A DNA stretch of 64,000 bases from an uncultured Oscillospiraceae bacterium (GCA_910579595.1 CAJTVM010000001.1:2406-66405), one strand, 5' to 3'; numbered from the stretch's first letter, positions 38,632-49,631 are shown. The notes: generated by a model from the letters alone, not told the origin. Translations and numbers: made by a program.

Positions 38632-40293
38632 ATGCGTTCCGACAATGTGAAAAAAGGCGTCCCCACCGCCCCCAACCGCTCCCTGTTCTATGCCCTGGGC
38701 TACACCAAGGAGGAGCTGGAGCGGCCCCTCATCGGTGTGGTATGCTCCTATAACGAGATCGTCCCCGGCCACATGAACCTGGACAAGATTGCCGAGGCGG
38801 TGAAGGCCGGCGTCCGGGCCGCGGGAGGCACCCCCATCGAGTTCCCCGCCATTGCCGTGTGCGACGGCATCGCCATGGGCCACGTTGGTATGAAATACTC
38901 CCTGGTCACCCGGGATCTGATTGCCGATTCCACCGAGGCCATGGCCATGGCCCACCAGTTCGACGGCCTGGTGATGATCCCCAACTGCGACAAGAACGTC
39001 CCCGGCCTGCTCATGGCGGCGGCGCGGGTGAATATCCCTACCATTTTCTGCTCCGGCGGGCCCATGCTGGCGGGGCGGCTGAACGACGGGCGGCGCACCT
39101 GCCTGTCCCATATGTTTGAGGCCGTGGGCGGCTATTATGCCGGCAAGCTGGACGAAGCGGGCGTGGAGGAATACGAAAACTGCGCCTGCCCCACCTGCGG
39201 CTCCTGCTCCGGTATGTACACCGCAAACTCCATGAACTGCCTTACCGAGGCCATCGGCATGGGCCTTGCGGGCAACGGCACCATCCCCGCCGTGTGGTCG
39301 GCCCGCCTGCGGCTGGCCAAGCACGCCGGGATGCAGATCATGGAGCTGGTGAAAAAGGACATCAAGCCCCGGGACATCATGACCGAGGCCGCCTTCCACA
39401 ACGCCGAGACGGTGGACATGGCCCTGGGCTGCTCCACCAACACCATGCTCCACCTGCCCGCTATCGCCCACGAGTGCGGCATTGAGCTGGATCTGGATCT
39501 GTCCAACGAGATCTCCTCCAAAACCCCCAACCTGTGCCACCTGGCCCCCGCCGGGGACACCTACATGGAGGATCTGGAGGGCGCGGGGGGCGTCCACGCC
39601 GTAATGATGGAGCTGACGAAAAAGGGCCTGCTGGACACCTCCGTCATGACCTGCACCGGCAAGACCTTAGGCGAAAACCTGGAGGGCGTGACCAACCGGG
39701 ATCACAACCTGATCCGGCCCATCGACAGCCCCTATTCCGCCGACGGCGGCATCGCCGTCCTCAAGGGCAACCTGGCCCCCGAGGGCTGCGTGGTGAAGCG
39801 CTCCGCCGTGTCAGCCGAGATGATGCGCCACCAGGGTCCCGCCCGTGTGTTCAACTCTGAGGAGGAGGCCATCGAGGCCATCTACGCGGGCAAAATCGCG
39901 GCGGGCGACGTGGTGGTGATCCGCTACGAAGGCCCCAAGGGCGGGCCTGGGATGCGGGAGATGCTCAACCCCACCTCCGCCATCGCGGGCATGGGGCTGG
40001 ACAAGGACGTGGCGCTGATCACCGATGGCCGGTTCTCCGGCGCGACCCGGGGCGCGTCCATCGGACACGTCTGTCCCGAGGCCGCCCAGGGCGGAGCGAT
40101 CGCCTTCGTGGAGGAGGGCGACCAGATCGCCATCGACATCCCCGCCTGCAAAATCGAGCTGCTGGTGGACGATGAAACCCTGGCCGCACGGAAAGCCGCC
40201 TGGGTCTGCCCTGAGCCGAAAATTAAGACCGGCTATCTGGCCCGCTACGCCAAGCTGGTCACCTCCGCCGCCCGGGGCGCGGTGCTGGAGTAA
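38632..40293 (+). CDS. ilvD: Dihydroxy-acid dehydratase
   Basis: [46 protein letters not shown]. Confidence 0.98.
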   Translation: MRSDNVKKGVPTAPNRSLFYALGYTKEELERPLIGVVCSYNEIVPGHMNLDKIAEAVKAGVRAAGGTPIEFPAIAVCDGIAMGHVGMKYSLVTRDLIADSTEAMAMAHQFDGLVMIPNCDKNVPGLLMAAARVNIPTIFCSGGPMLAGRLNDGRRTCLSHMFEAVGGYYAGKLDEAGVEEYENCACPTCGSCSGMYTANSMNCLTEAIGMGLAGNGTIPAVWSARLRLAKHAGMQIMELVKKDIKPRDIMTEAAFHNAETVDMALGCSTNTMLHLPAIAHECGIELDLDLSNEISSKTPNLCHLAPAGDTYMEDLEGAGGVHAVMMELTKKGLLDTSVMTCTGKTLGENLEGVTNRDHNLIRPIDSPYSADGGIAVLKGNLAPEGCVVKRSAVSAEMMRHQGPARVFNSEEEAIEAIYAGKIAAGDVVVIRYEGPKGGPGMREMLNPTSAIAGMGLDKDVALITDGRFSGATRGASIGHVCPEAAQGGAIAFVEEGDQIAIDIPACKIELLVDDETLAARKAAWVCPEPKIKTGYLARYAKLVTSAARGAVLE

Positions 40294-40389
40294 TTGATCT
40301 CTTCCTTTCCCGCAAAGCGGCCGGGTATGGCCGTTTTGCGGGATTGCGCACGTTTTTCCCAATCTTTTTGACGAATCGAGCTGATTGAT

Positions 40390-41772
40390 TTGAAGATCAT
40401 TATCGCCGGGGCCGGCAAGGTGGGGGGCACCGTGGCCGAGCATTTGGCGGACGAGGGCCACAGCGTCACCATTGTGGATATGTCCGACAGCACCCTGAAC
40501 CGGCTGGGCAACCAGTTGGACGTGATGTGCCTAAAGGGCAACTGCGCGTCCCGGGATATCCTGGTGGAGGCCGGGGCGAAGGACTGCGACGTACTGGTGG
40601 CCGCCACCGCCTCCGACGAGATCAACCTGCTGTGCTGCCACTGTGCCCACAACATCGGCGTGCCCTACACCGTGGCCCGGGTCCGGGGCACCGAGTACGC
40701 CAAGGATCTGGACACCATGAAGCGGGATCTGGGCATCACCATGCTGATCAACCCGGAGTTTGCCTCCGCGGTGGAGATCTCCCGGCTGCTGCGTTTCCCC
40801 TCCGCCGCCAACATCGACACCTTTGCCCGGGGCCGGGTGGAGCTGATCTCCTTCCATATCCAGGAGGACGATTTTCTGGCCGGGCGGTCCCTGGCCTCCC
40901 TGTCCTCCAAGATCCAGGGCCTGCCGGTGCTGTTCTGCACCGTGGAGCGGGGGGACAGCGTGTTCATCCCCAATGGCTCCACCGTGCTGGCCAAGGACGA
41001 CCGGGTTTACATGGCGGGCACCCCCAACGGCATCCACCAGTTTTTCAAGCTGCTGGGCCGTGAGGCCCACCGTATCCGCAGCGTGTTCATCATCGGCGGC
41101 GGGCGGATTGCTTATTATCTGCTGCGCCAGCTGGAGCGGCTGGGCATGAACTGCAAAGTGGTGGAGAAGAACGATACGCGCTGCCGGTCGCTGGCGGAAG
41201 AGTTCCCCCACAGCCTGATCCTCCAGGGGGACGGCACCGACCCGGAACTGCTGGACGAGGAGCGCATGACCTCCAGCGACGCTTTTATCGCCCTGACCGA
41301 CCGGGACGAGGACAACCTCATCATCTCCCTCTACGCCCACCAGGCGGGAGTGTCCAAGGTGGTGGCCAAGTCCAACCGGCAGAACTACACCTCCATCGCC
41401 CGCTCCGCCGGGGTGGAGTCGGTGGTATCCCCCAAGCTCACCACCGTGGGGCAGATCCTGCGCATGGTGCGGGGGCTGCAAAACTCCAAAGGCAGCGCCA
41501 TGACCGCTTTGTACCGCATCTCGGAGGGGCGGGCGGAGGCCATGGAGTTCGTGGTGGCCCCCACCACCCGGAACCTGGGCGTCCCGCTGAAGGATCTGAA
41601 GCTGAAAAAGGGCATTCTGATCGCCGTCATTGTCCGGGACTCCAAGGTGATCATACCAGAAGGCTCCACCTCCCTGGAGCGGGGGGACAACGTGATCGTG
41701 GTGGCCCGGGACAGCGGGATTTTGGATCTCAACGATATCTATGATGGCAGCGGCCTGAGGGCGGGAGGCTGA
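40390..41772 (+). CDS. trkA: Trk potassium uptake NAD-binding subunit
   Basis: Two RCK_N domains (GAGKVG, GGGRIA) and two RCK_C domains. Confidence 0.95.
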   Translation: MKIIIAGAGKVGGTVAEHLADEGHSVTIVDMSDSTLNRLGNQLDVMCLKGNCASRDILVEAGAKDCDVLVAATASDEINLLCCHCAHNIGVPYTVARVRGTEYAKDLDTMKRDLGITMLINPEFASAVEISRLLRFPSAANIDTFARGRVELISFHIQEDDFLAGRSLASLSSKIQGLPVLFCTVERGDSVFIPNGSTVLAKDDRVYMAGTPNGIHQFFKLLGREAHRIRSVFIIGGGRIAYYLLRQLERLGMNCKVVEKNDTRCRSLAEEFPHSLILQGDGTDPELLDEERMTSSDAFIALTDRDEDNLIISLYAHQAGVSKVVAKSNRQNYTSIARSAGVESVVSPKLTTVGQILRMVRGLQNSKGSAMTALYRISEGRAEAMEFVVAPTTRNLGVPLKDLKLKKGILIAVIVRDSKVIIPEGSTSLERGDNVIVVARDSGILDLNDIYDGSGLRAGG

Positions 41773-41776
41773 TTGG

Positions 41777-43216
41777 ATGAATTTCAAGCTGGTAGCGCGC
41801 ATCACCGGTTTTACCCTGCTCATTGAGGCGGGGGCGATGCTCATACCCATGGCGGTGGCCATGTTCTACGGGGAGAGTCCCACGCCGTTTTTGTGCTCCA
41901 TCCTGATCATCCTGGCCGCCGCTTTTGTGCCGGTGCTCCTGTTCAAGCCCAAAAAGGACTTTTTTGCCCGGGAAGGTTTTTTCACCGTGGGCCTGATCTG
42001 GGTGCTGTTCGGGGCCTTTGGGGCGCTGCCCTTTTGGTTCTCCCGCCAATTCGGCCCCTACGTGGACTGCTTTTTTGAGACGATCTCCGGCTTTACCACC
42101 ACCGGGGCCACCATCCTCACCGCCATTGAGGGCCTGCCCATGGGGCTGCTGTTCTGGCGATCCTTTACCCACTGGCTGGGGGGGATGGGGGTGCTGATCC
42201 TCACCACGGCGCTGCTGCCCTTTTTGGGCATCAGCTCCAACTTCCTGATCCGGGCGGAGAGCCCCGGCCCGGTGAAAAGCAAACTGGTGCCCAGGGCCTC
42301 CCAGTCCTCCAAGATTCTGTACACCATTTACTTTGTCCTTACGGTGCTGGAGACGCTGTGCCTGCGCGTCGCGGGTTTTAACTGGTATGATTCCATTACC
42401 CATGCCATGTCCACCGCGGGCACCGGCGGCTTTTCCCGCATGAATTCCTCGGTGGGATCCTTTGGCAACCCGGCGGCGGAGATCATCATTACGGTGTTTA
42501 TGCTGCTGTTCTCGGTGAATTTCGCCGTTTATTTCCTCATTATCACCGGCAAGGCGCGGCAGGCCCTGAAAAGCGACGAGCTGCGGTTTTTCCTCATTAT
42601 GGTGGCTGTCTCCACCGCCGCCATCGCCTGGAACATCCGGGAGATTTACGATACGGTGGGCGACTGCGTACGCTATGCCGCCTTCCAGGTGGCGTCCATT
42701 GTGTCCACCACCGGGTTTTCCTCCGCCAACTATGACCTTTGGCCGGAGTTTTCCAAAATGCTGCTGGTGGTGCTCACCCTGATCGGGGCCTGCGCCGGCT
42801 CCACCGGCGGCGGCATCAAATGCAGCCGAATCCTTATCCTCATCCGCTCCGCCGGACGGGAGGTGCGCTCCATCGTCCATCCCAGGGCGGTGTCTGTGGT
42901 GCGCCTGGACGGCGCGCCTTTGTCCGAGGCCACCCTCCATACCACCCAGTGCTATTTCATCATCAACCTGTTCCTGGTGTTCGGATCGGCCATTGTGGTG
43001 GGGCTGGACAACTTCTCCTTCGGCACCACCCTTACCGCCGTGATCACCTGCATCAGCAACGTAGGCCCCGGCCTGGAGCTGGTGGGTCCGGCGGGGAATT
43101 TCGCCGCCTTCTCAGTGCTGAGCAAGCTGGCGCTGTCCTTCCTGATGGTGCTGGGCCGTCTGGAGATGTACCCCATTCTGGTATTGTTCAGCCGCTCGGC
43201 GTGGAAGCGATCCTGA
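41777..43216 (+). CDS. trkH: Trk potassium uptake membrane subunit
   Basis: FETISGFTTTGAT, WLGGMG, STTGF, AGSTGGGIK, SNVGPG, GRLE. Confidence 0.96.
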   Translation: MNFKLVARITGFTLLIEAGAMLIPMAVAMFYGESPTPFLCSILIILAAAFVPVLLFKPKKDFFAREGFFTVGLIWVLFGAFGALPFWFSRQFGPYVDCFFETISGFTTTGATILTAIEGLPMGLLFWRSFTHWLGGMGVLILTTALLPFLGISSNFLIRAESPGPVKSKLVPRASQSSKILYTIYFVLTVLETLCLRVAGFNWYDSITHAMSTAGTGGFSRMNSSVGSFGNPAAEIIITVFMLLFSVNFAVYFLIITGKARQALKSDELRFFLIMVAVSTAAIAWNIREIYDTVGDCVRYAAFQVASIVSTTGFSSANYDLWPEFSKMLLVVLTLIGACAGSTGGGIKCSRILILIRSAGREVRSIVHPRAVSVVRLDGAPLSEATLHTTQCYFIINLFLVFGSAIVVGLDNFSFGTTLTAVITCISNVGPGLELVGPAGNFAAFSVLSKLALSFLMVLGRLEMYPILVLFSRSAWKRS

Positions 43217-43231
43217 ATTCGGACGGAGTTT

Positions 43232-43459
43232 ATGTTATGTAAAGAAGTATCGCTATGCGTTATGATCAGGGCGCTTTGCCATGAATTGTTTCAGGGGTGG
43301 GAAAATGATCCCGATATATATGTTGACATGGATTCATACGCGCCATATCAATATAGCGAAAACGCGGTAAATCAATATTTTGATTCCAAGCAAGATTCGT
43401 CCCGCGTTTTATTTGCCGTTAGGAGAGACGGCTTTCAGTATTACCGGTATGCGCGGTAA
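43232..43459 (+). pseudogene. Probable N-terminal fragment of a GNAT acetyltransferase
   Basis: AT-rich 75-aa ORF (LCHELFQGWENDPDIY...VNQYF...RVLFAV) that ends before any acetyl-CoA-binding motif. Confidence 0.45.
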
Positions 43460-43560
43460 GCGCCACAAAAGAGCATAAAACCCGCTGGCGGACAGTTCCG
43501 GTCATGCCGCATTTGCGCCCGGCAGCGGAAAGAGAATGGGTTTTGAAAGGGTTTTACGTT

Positions 43561-44772
43561 ATGAAATATGATTTTACTTCCATCATTGACCGCCGCGGGC
43601 GGGACGCCATCGCCGTGGACCACATCGGCCTGCCCGGCGGCTTTGCCCCCGGTGCGCCCCGGGAGGGCTTTGACGCCATCCCCATGTGGGTGGCGGACAT
43701 GAATTTCCCCACCGTCCCCGCCATCCCCGACGCCATCATCGAGCGGGCCAAACACCCCGCTTACGGTTACTTCTCCCCCAGCGATGATTACTACAACGCC
43801 ATTATCCGCTGGCAGGAGGGGCGCAATGGCGTCACCGGGCTGTCCAAGGAGCATATCGGCTATGAAAACGGCGTGCTGGGCGGGGTGGTATCCGCGCTGA
43901 ACGTGCTGTGCTCCCGGGGGGACAAGGTGCTGCTCCATTCCCCCACCTATGTGGGCTTCACCAACAGCCTCACCAATAATGGCTATTCCATCGTACACAG
44001 TCCGCTGGCGCTGGACGAAAACGGCGTATGGCGGATGGATTTTGAGGACATGGAACGGAAAATCGTGGACAACCACATCCACGCCGCCGTGTTCTGCTCC
44101 CCCCATAACCCCTGCGGCCGGGTGTGGGAGCGCTGGGAGCTGGAGAAGGCCATGGATCTGTTCCGCAAGCATGATGTGTACGTGGTGTCCGACGAGATCT
44201 GGTCCGACCTCGTCCTGGACGGGTACAGGCACATCCCCACCCAGAGTGTCAGCGAGGACGCGCGGCAGCGCACTGTGGCGATGTACGCCCCCTCCAAAAC
44301 CTTCAACCTGGCGGGGCTGATCGGCAGCTATCACATCATCTGCAACCAGCGGATCCGGGACAGGGTGATGAAGGAGTCCTCCCTGTGCCACTACAACGCC
44401 ATGAACGTGCTGTCCATGCACGCGCTGATTGCGGCCTACGGCCCCCAGGGGCAGGAGTGGCTGGACGAGCTGCGGCAAGTGCTGACCGGCAACGTGGACT
44501 TTGCCTGCGATTATATCGCGGCCCGCTTTGACGGCGTGAAGGTATTCAGGCCCCAGGGCACCTATATGCTGTTCCTGGACTGTACCGAATGGTGCAAGGC
44601 CCACGGCAAGACCATCGACGAGCTGGAAAAGGCCGGCTGGGACGTGGGGGTGGCGTGGCAGGACGGGCGGATGTTTCACGGTCCCTGCCACATCCGCATG
44701 AATTTGGCCCTGCCCCTGTCCCGGGTGCAAGAGGCGTTTGACAGGCTGGACAGGTACGTGTTTCGCGGGTAA
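43561..44772 (+). CDS. MalY/PatB-family PLP-dependent C-S lyase
   Basis: PMWVADMNF, CSPHNPCGRVW, SDEIW, APSKTFNLAGL. Confidence 0.93.
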   Translation: MKYDFTSIIDRRGRDAIAVDHIGLPGGFAPGAPREGFDAIPMWVADMNFPTVPAIPDAIIERAKHPAYGYFSPSDDYYNAIIRWQEGRNGVTGLSKEHIGYENGVLGGVVSALNVLCSRGDKVLLHSPTYVGFTNSLTNNGYSIVHSPLALDENGVWRMDFEDMERKIVDNHIHAAVFCSPHNPCGRVWERWELEKAMDLFRKHDVYVVSDEIWSDLVLDGYRHIPTQSVSEDARQRTVAMYAPSKTFNLAGLIGSYHIICNQRIRDRVMKESSLCHYNAMNVLSMHALIAAYGPQGQEWLDELRQVLTGNVDFACDYIAARFDGVKVFRPQGTYMLFLDCTEWCKAHGKTIDELEKAGWDVGVAWQDGRMFHGPCHIRMNLALPLSRVQEAFDRLDRYVFRG

Positions 44773-44776
44773 AGGC

Positions 44777-44814
44777 AAAAAAGGCCGTCTGCTTTGCGGC
44801 AGACGGCCTTTTTT
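44777..44814. terminator. Bidirectional intrinsic terminator
   Basis: AAAAAAGGCCGTCTGC/GCAGACGGCCTTTTTT. Confidence 0.88.
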
Positions 44815-45205
44815 ACGCGTTCCCCTTGGCCCGCACCCGGCCCAGGAATTTTTCTGGTTTGATGATGAAGCGCTCATGGGTCCCCCCACCGATCTGCTCC
44901 GCCTCATCGTAGGCGGCTACGGCAAAGGTAATTTTCCGGCCCTCTACTGCGGTAACCTCCGCCTGCGCCCACACCTTCATGCCCACGGGGGTGGCGGCGT
45001 CGTGGGTGACGTCCAGCCGCGTCCCAACCGTGCCCTCATCGGGGGCAAGGCTGTCCTGGACGGCGGCCACGGCGGCCCCTTCCATCAGGGCGATCATGTA
45101 CGGCGTGGCGAACACAGGCACCAGCCCCGATCCCACCGCCTGGGCGGTGTTTTCCGGCGTGACCACGGTTTCCGCGCGCCCCTTCATCCCGACTTCAATT
45201 GGCAT
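44813..45205 (-). CDS. FlK-like hot-dog thioesterase
   Basis: VFATPYMIALME, TVGTRLDVTH, GTHER. Confidence 0.9.
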   Translation of the reverse strand: MPIEVGMKGRAETVVTPENTAQAVGSGLVPVFATPYMIALMEGAAVAAVQDSLAPDEGTVGTRLDVTHDAATPVGMKVWAQAEVTAVEGRKITFAVAAYDEAEQIGGGTHERFIIKPEKFLGRVRAKGNA

Positions 45206-45237
45206 AGCAATCCCTCCGTTGATTTTGTTGTTTATAA

Positions 45238-45399
45238 GAACCTGTATTCACAGCCGAAACCGCCGGATGGGCGAGGGGTTTTCCCGTCAGGCAAGGCAAA
45301 TTTTCGCAGGAATCATTGTGTTTAGTTCAAGAAAACTTAACGCAGCATGGCGGGAAAAGACCCGGCCAGACGGTGAATTGAGGTTGTGAATACAGGTTC
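45238..45399. mobile_element. 162-bp MITE, copy 2
   Basis: Same TIRs and length as copy 1 with a few substitutions; flanks TAA/CAA. Confidence 0.88.
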
Positions 45400-45506
45400 C
45401 AAGTGTACACCATTCCGGCAGGTTTGGCAATATACGTACCTTTGCTTTCCGCCGGAAGCGTGCTATAATATTTTCAGAATTGAGATTTTGACAATGAGGT
45501 GGCAAT

Positions 45507-46904
45507 ATGGAAGATACCCAAAAGGCAGAGCTGTTTGAGCGCACATCCATCCCCAAAGCTGTGCTGACCCTCTCCATCCCAACGGTGCTCAGCTCACTGG
45601 TGATGGTGCTCTACAACCTGGCCGATACCTACTTTGTGGGGATGCTTCAGGATCCCATCCAGAACTCCGCCGTTACCCTGGCCGCGCCGGTGCTGCTGGC
45701 CTTCAACGCGGTGAACAACCTGTTTGGCGTGGGCTCCAGCAGCATGATGAGCCGTTCCCTGGGGGCAAAGGACTATGATACGGTGCGGCGCAGCTCCGCA
45801 TTTGGCTTTTACTGCGCGCTGCTCTGCGGGATTTTGTTCTCCGTCCTCGCCACGGTGTTCCGGCCCTCCCTGCTGGTGCTGCTGGGGGCGGACAAGTCTA
45901 CCTCCCAGGCCACCCTGGAATATATGCGCTGGACGGTGACCTGCGGGGCTGTCCCCGCTATTCTCAACGTGGTCATGGCCTATTTGGTGCGCTCGGAGGG
46001 GGCTACCCTCCACGCCAGCATCGGCACCATGAGCGGCTGTCTGCTGAACATTGTGCTGGATCCCGTGTTCATCCTCCCCTGGGGGCTGGACATGGGGGCG
46101 GCGGGGGCGGGGCTGGCCACCTTTTTGTCCAACTGCTTCGCCTGCCTGTATTTCTTCGTGCTGCTCTTTGTCCGGCGGGGCAGGACCTATGTCTGCTTCC
46201 AGCCCGCCATGGCCCGGCCCCGGAAGGCGCTGGTCAAAGGGGTGTTCGGGGTGGGCGTCCCCGCCTCTATCCAAAACCTGCTCAACGTCACCGGCATGAC
46301 GGTGCTCAACAACTTTACCGCCGTGTTCGGGCCCGACGTCATCGCCGCCATGGGCATTGCCTACAAAATCAACATGATCCCCATGTATATCGCCATGGGC
46401 GTGTCCCAGGGGCTGATGCCGCTGGTGAGCTACAACTACGGCGGCGGGAACGTTCCCCGGCTGAAAAAGGCGGTTGCCTTTGCGGCAAAGATATCCCTGG
46501 GCTTTATGGCGGTGGCGGCGGTGTTCTGCTTCTTCACCTCCGGCACGCTCATCGGCCTGTTTATGAAAACCAAGGCCGTGGTGGATTACGGCTCCCAGTT
46601 CCTGCGGTGTATGTGCGTCGCCCAGCCCTTCCTGGCCATGGACTTTCTGGCCGTGGGCGTGTTCCAGGCCTGCGGCCTGGGGCGGTACTCCCTGCTGTTC
46701 GCCATCCTGCGCAAGATCGTGCTGGAAATCCCCGCCCTTTATATCCTCAACTACTTCATCCCGCTGTACGGTCTGGCCTGCGCCCAAGCGGTGGCTGAAG
46801 TCGTGCTGGCCGCGGCGGCCGTGGCCATCCTCCTGCGCCTGTTCCGCCGGATGGAGGACGAGGGCACGCCCCTTGACCCCCGGCGGCACAGGGGCGTTTC
46901 GTGA
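45507..46904 (+). CDS. MATE-family efflux transporter
   Basis: ~12 TM; YNLADTYFVG, NIVLDPVFI, GAAGAGLAT, PLVSYNYG. Confidence 0.95.
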   Translation: MEDTQKAELFERTSIPKAVLTLSIPTVLSSLVMVLYNLADTYFVGMLQDPIQNSAVTLAAPVLLAFNAVNNLFGVGSSSMMSRSLGAKDYDTVRRSSAFGFYCALLCGILFSVLATVFRPSLLVLLGADKSTSQATLEYMRWTVTCGAVPAILNVVMAYLVRSEGATLHASIGTMSGCLLNIVLDPVFILPWGLDMGAAGAGLATFLSNCFACLYFFVLLFVRRGRTYVCFQPAMARPRKALVKGVFGVGVPASIQNLLNVTGMTVLNNFTAVFGPDVIAAMGIAYKINMIPMYIAMGVSQGLMPLVSYNYGGGNVPRLKKAVAFAAKISLGFMAVAAVFCFFTSGTLIGLFMKTKAVVDYGSQFLRCMCVAQPFLAMDFLAVGVFQACGLGRYSLLFAILRKIVLEIPALYILNYFIPLYGLACAQAVAEVVLAAAAVAILLRLFRRMEDEGTPLDPRRHRGVS

Positions 46905-46997
46905 AAATGCACAAAAATTTCCACAAGCCCTTTCCTTTCCTCCCGGGCAGGTCGATAGATAAGGTGTAACGACAACAGGAAAGGGGGGGAGGCTGCA

Positions 46998-47747
46998 GTG
47001 AATACCGCGTCCATGCCCGCCATCAGCCGCGAAGATCAGGTTCAGATCAGCCAGCCGGAGGGCATCTATTCCAGTGTGCTGGCCCAGTCCATGAAGCGAC
47101 AGGAAAACAAGGATCAAGCTGCCTCCCTGAACGAGATGATCCGGGACGCCAAGGAGAAGGCCGACGCCCATCGGGAAAAGCTGGAGAAGATCAAGCCCAC
47201 CCCCCGGTACGGCGACGCGTCGCTGGAGGCATATGCGCGGCTGAAGCGGGCCCAGAGCGTGGCGCAGGTCAACTCCGCCGCCGGCTATGCCCGCCGCCGG
47301 ATTGTCCAGCTGAAGGCCGCGCAGCGCTCTGACCCCGACCACGCCGACCAGATCAAAGCCACCGTCAGCCAGCTGGAAAAGGCGGTGAGCCGGGCCGGCA
47401 GGAAGAAAATGGAGCTGAACCGGGAGCAGCTGGCCCGGGCCCGCCAGAAACGCATGGCCCGGGAGAACAGGCGCCGGGAAGAACAGCGCATCCGGCAGGA
47501 GCTGCGCAAAAACCAGTCTATGCGGGCCATCCGGGAATCCGGCTACTTCAAGGAGGCGGAGATCGCCAACCGTCAGGCCGACCAGCTCACCGCCACCAAA
47601 ATGGAACTGAAGGCCCAGGCGGAGCAGCTCGGCGTAACCACCTATGCGTCCCTGGATACCGCCATGCAGGGGTATTCCAGCGCCGTGCAGACGGCTGAGG
47701 TGGTGGACGCCCCTATCTCCACGCCGCAGGTTGATCTCCAAGCGTAA
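46998..47747 (+). CDS. Hypothetical coiled-coil protein
   Basis: GTG start after GGAGG; charged helical sequence; followed by hairpin CGCCCACCGCT/AGCGGTGGGCG. Confidence 0.75.
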   Translation: MNTASMPAISREDQVQISQPEGIYSSVLAQSMKRQENKDQAASLNEMIRDAKEKADAHREKLEKIKPTPRYGDASLEAYARLKRAQSVAQVNSAAGYARRRIVQLKAAQRSDPDHADQIKATVSQLEKAVSRAGRKKMELNREQLARARQKRMARENRRREEQRIRQELRKNQSMRAIRESGYFKEAEIANRQADQLTATKMELKAQAEQLGVTTYASLDTAMQGYSSAVQTAEVVDAPISTPQVDLQA

Positions 47748-47801
47748 AAGGATCGCCCACCGCTTTACAGCGGTGGGCGGTTTTGTGCTTTTGCACGTAA
47801 T

Positions 47802-49631
47802 TTATGCCCCCAGAATCTTAGCGGCGTTTTCCTCGGCAAACTGCTTGCTATACAGGTCGTGGTAGTAGCCCTTGGCCCGCAGCAGGGTTTCATGGGTGCC
47901 CTGCTCCACAATTTTGCCGTCCCGCACCACCAGGATCATGTCCGCTTTGCGGATGGTGGAAAGCCGATGGGCAATCAGGAAGGAGGTACGGTCCGTCAGC
48001 AGGTGGTCGATGGCCTGCTGAATCAGCTGCTCGGTCTGGGTGTCGATGGAGGACGTGGCCTCGTCCAGCACGAAAATGCGGGGATCCGCCAGTACCGCCC
48101 GGGCAAAGGAGATGAGCTGCTTTTCGCCGGTGGACAGGCGGTCGCCCCCCTCGCCCACGCTGCTGTCCCAGCCTTTTTCCAGCTTGGACACCACCGTGTC
48201 GGCGGAGACGGCCTTTGCCGCCGCCTCCACCTCGGCGTCGGTGGCGTCCAGCCGCCCATAGCGGATATTGTCCCGCACGGTGCCGGAGAACAGGTGGGGG
48301 CTTTGCAGCACGTAGCCGATGCTGGAGTGGAGCCAGAGCTGGCTGCGCTCCCGGTAGTCCCGGCCGTCGATGAGGATTTGGCCCTCTGTCGGCTCAAAGA
48401 AGCGGCAGGCCAGGTTCACCAGGGTGGATTTGCCCGCCCCCGTCTCGCCCACGATGGCCACGGTGGTGCCCGCAGGGATGCGCAGGGAGAAGTGCTCCAG
48501 CACATTGTCCCCGCCGTCGGGATAGCGGAAGGTCACGTCCCGGAACTCGATGTCCCCCCGGATTGGCTCCCAGTTTTCCCGCTTGGGATGGAATGCGTCG
48601 CCGTATTTTTCGACGGCCTCGGGGGTGTCGGTGATTTGGGGGATCTCGTCCATCAGGCCGGTGACCCGCTCGATGGACGCCTGGACGGCGATAAACTCCG
48701 CCAGATTGGCCGTCAGGTTCTGGATTGGCTCGAAAATGTTCATGGCGTAGGAGATGAACGCGGACAGGGTGGCGATGTCCATCACCTGCCCCACCGTCAG
48801 ATACCCGCCCCGCAGCAGCACAATCGCCACCGTCAGAGACGAGAAAAACAGCGTTACAGGGATATAGACCGCGTTGAGCCGGGCCGCCCGGACCGCCGAA
48901 CGGTTCATGCCGCCCGTAAGCTCCTGGAAGCCCTGGATGCTCCGATCCTCAATCACCAGCGTTTTGGAGGTCTTGGCCCCGGTGATGCCTTCGTTGAAGG
49001 CCCCGGTGATTTTGGAGTTAATTTTCCGCACCTTGCGGTTCCAGTGGAGGATGCGTGGCTGGAACCAGCCCGTCAGTACCGCCATGAAGGGCACCACCAG
49101 AACGACCACCAGCGCCAGCTGCCAGTTAAGGGTAAACATGATGGCAAAGGAGCTGACCACGTATATCACCACGTCCACCACATCGTTCAGGTTCCAGGCC
49201 AGATTGCCCGCGATACGGTTGGTGTCGTTGGTAATCCGGGTGAGCAGGTAGCCTACCGGGGTGACGTTGTAGAAAGACAGGGACAGGGTTTGCAGGTGCT
49301 CAAACAGATCCCGGCGCAGGTCCCGGCCCAGGTACATCTCAATGTACATGGTCTGCCGGGTGCTGGCCACCACCATAAGGCTCAGCACGGCGATGCACAG
49401 CAGGTAGGCCGCGGCAAAGGGGATCAGGCCGTCCAGCGTACCCGCCTGGATAAAATGGCTGATGGCATACAGCTGGAACAGGGGCTGTATGGAATCCGTC
49501 AGGTCGGCGATGGCGGTGAACCCGATCAACTTGATATAACGCCCCTTGAACCGCCCCAGGATGGGCAGCAGCCGCTTCCAGATGGACCAGTCAAAGGCTT
49601 GGGTATATTCTTTTTCGTCAAAGGCGGCCAT
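47802..49631 (-). CDS. Heterodimeric ABC exporter subunit (TMD+NBD)
   Basis: 6 TM, GETGAGKST, LSTGEKQ, VLDEATS, IAHRLS. Confidence 0.95.
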   Translation of the reverse strand: MAAFDEKEYTQAFDWSIWKRLLPILGRFKGRYIKLIGFTAIADLTDSIQPLFQLYAISHFIQAGTLDGLIPFAAAYLLCIAVLSLMVVASTRQTMYIEMYLGRDLRRDLFEHLQTLSLSFYNVTPVGYLLTRITNDTNRIAGNLAWNLNDVVDVVIYVVSSFAIMFTLNWQLALVVVLVVPFMAVLTGWFQPRILHWNRKVRKINSKITGAFNEGITGAKTSKTLVIEDRSIQGFQELTGGMNRSAVRAARLNAVYIPVTLFFSSLTVAIVLLRGGYLTVGQVMDIATLSAFISYAMNIFEPIQNLTANLAEFIAVQASIERVTGLMDEIPQITDTPEAVEKYGDAFHPKRENWEPIRGDIEFRDVTFRYPDGGDNVLEHFSLRIPAGTTVAIVGETGAGKSTLVNLACRFFEPTEGQILIDGRDYRERSQLWLHSSIGYVLQSPHLFSGTVRDNIRYGRLDATDAEVEAAAKAVSADTVVSKLEKGWDSSVGEGGDRLSTGEKQLISFARAVLADPRIFVLDEATSSIDTQTEQLIQQAIDHLLTDRTSFLIAHRLSTIRKADMILVVRDGKIVEQGTHETLLRAKGYYHDLYSKQFAEENAAKILGA

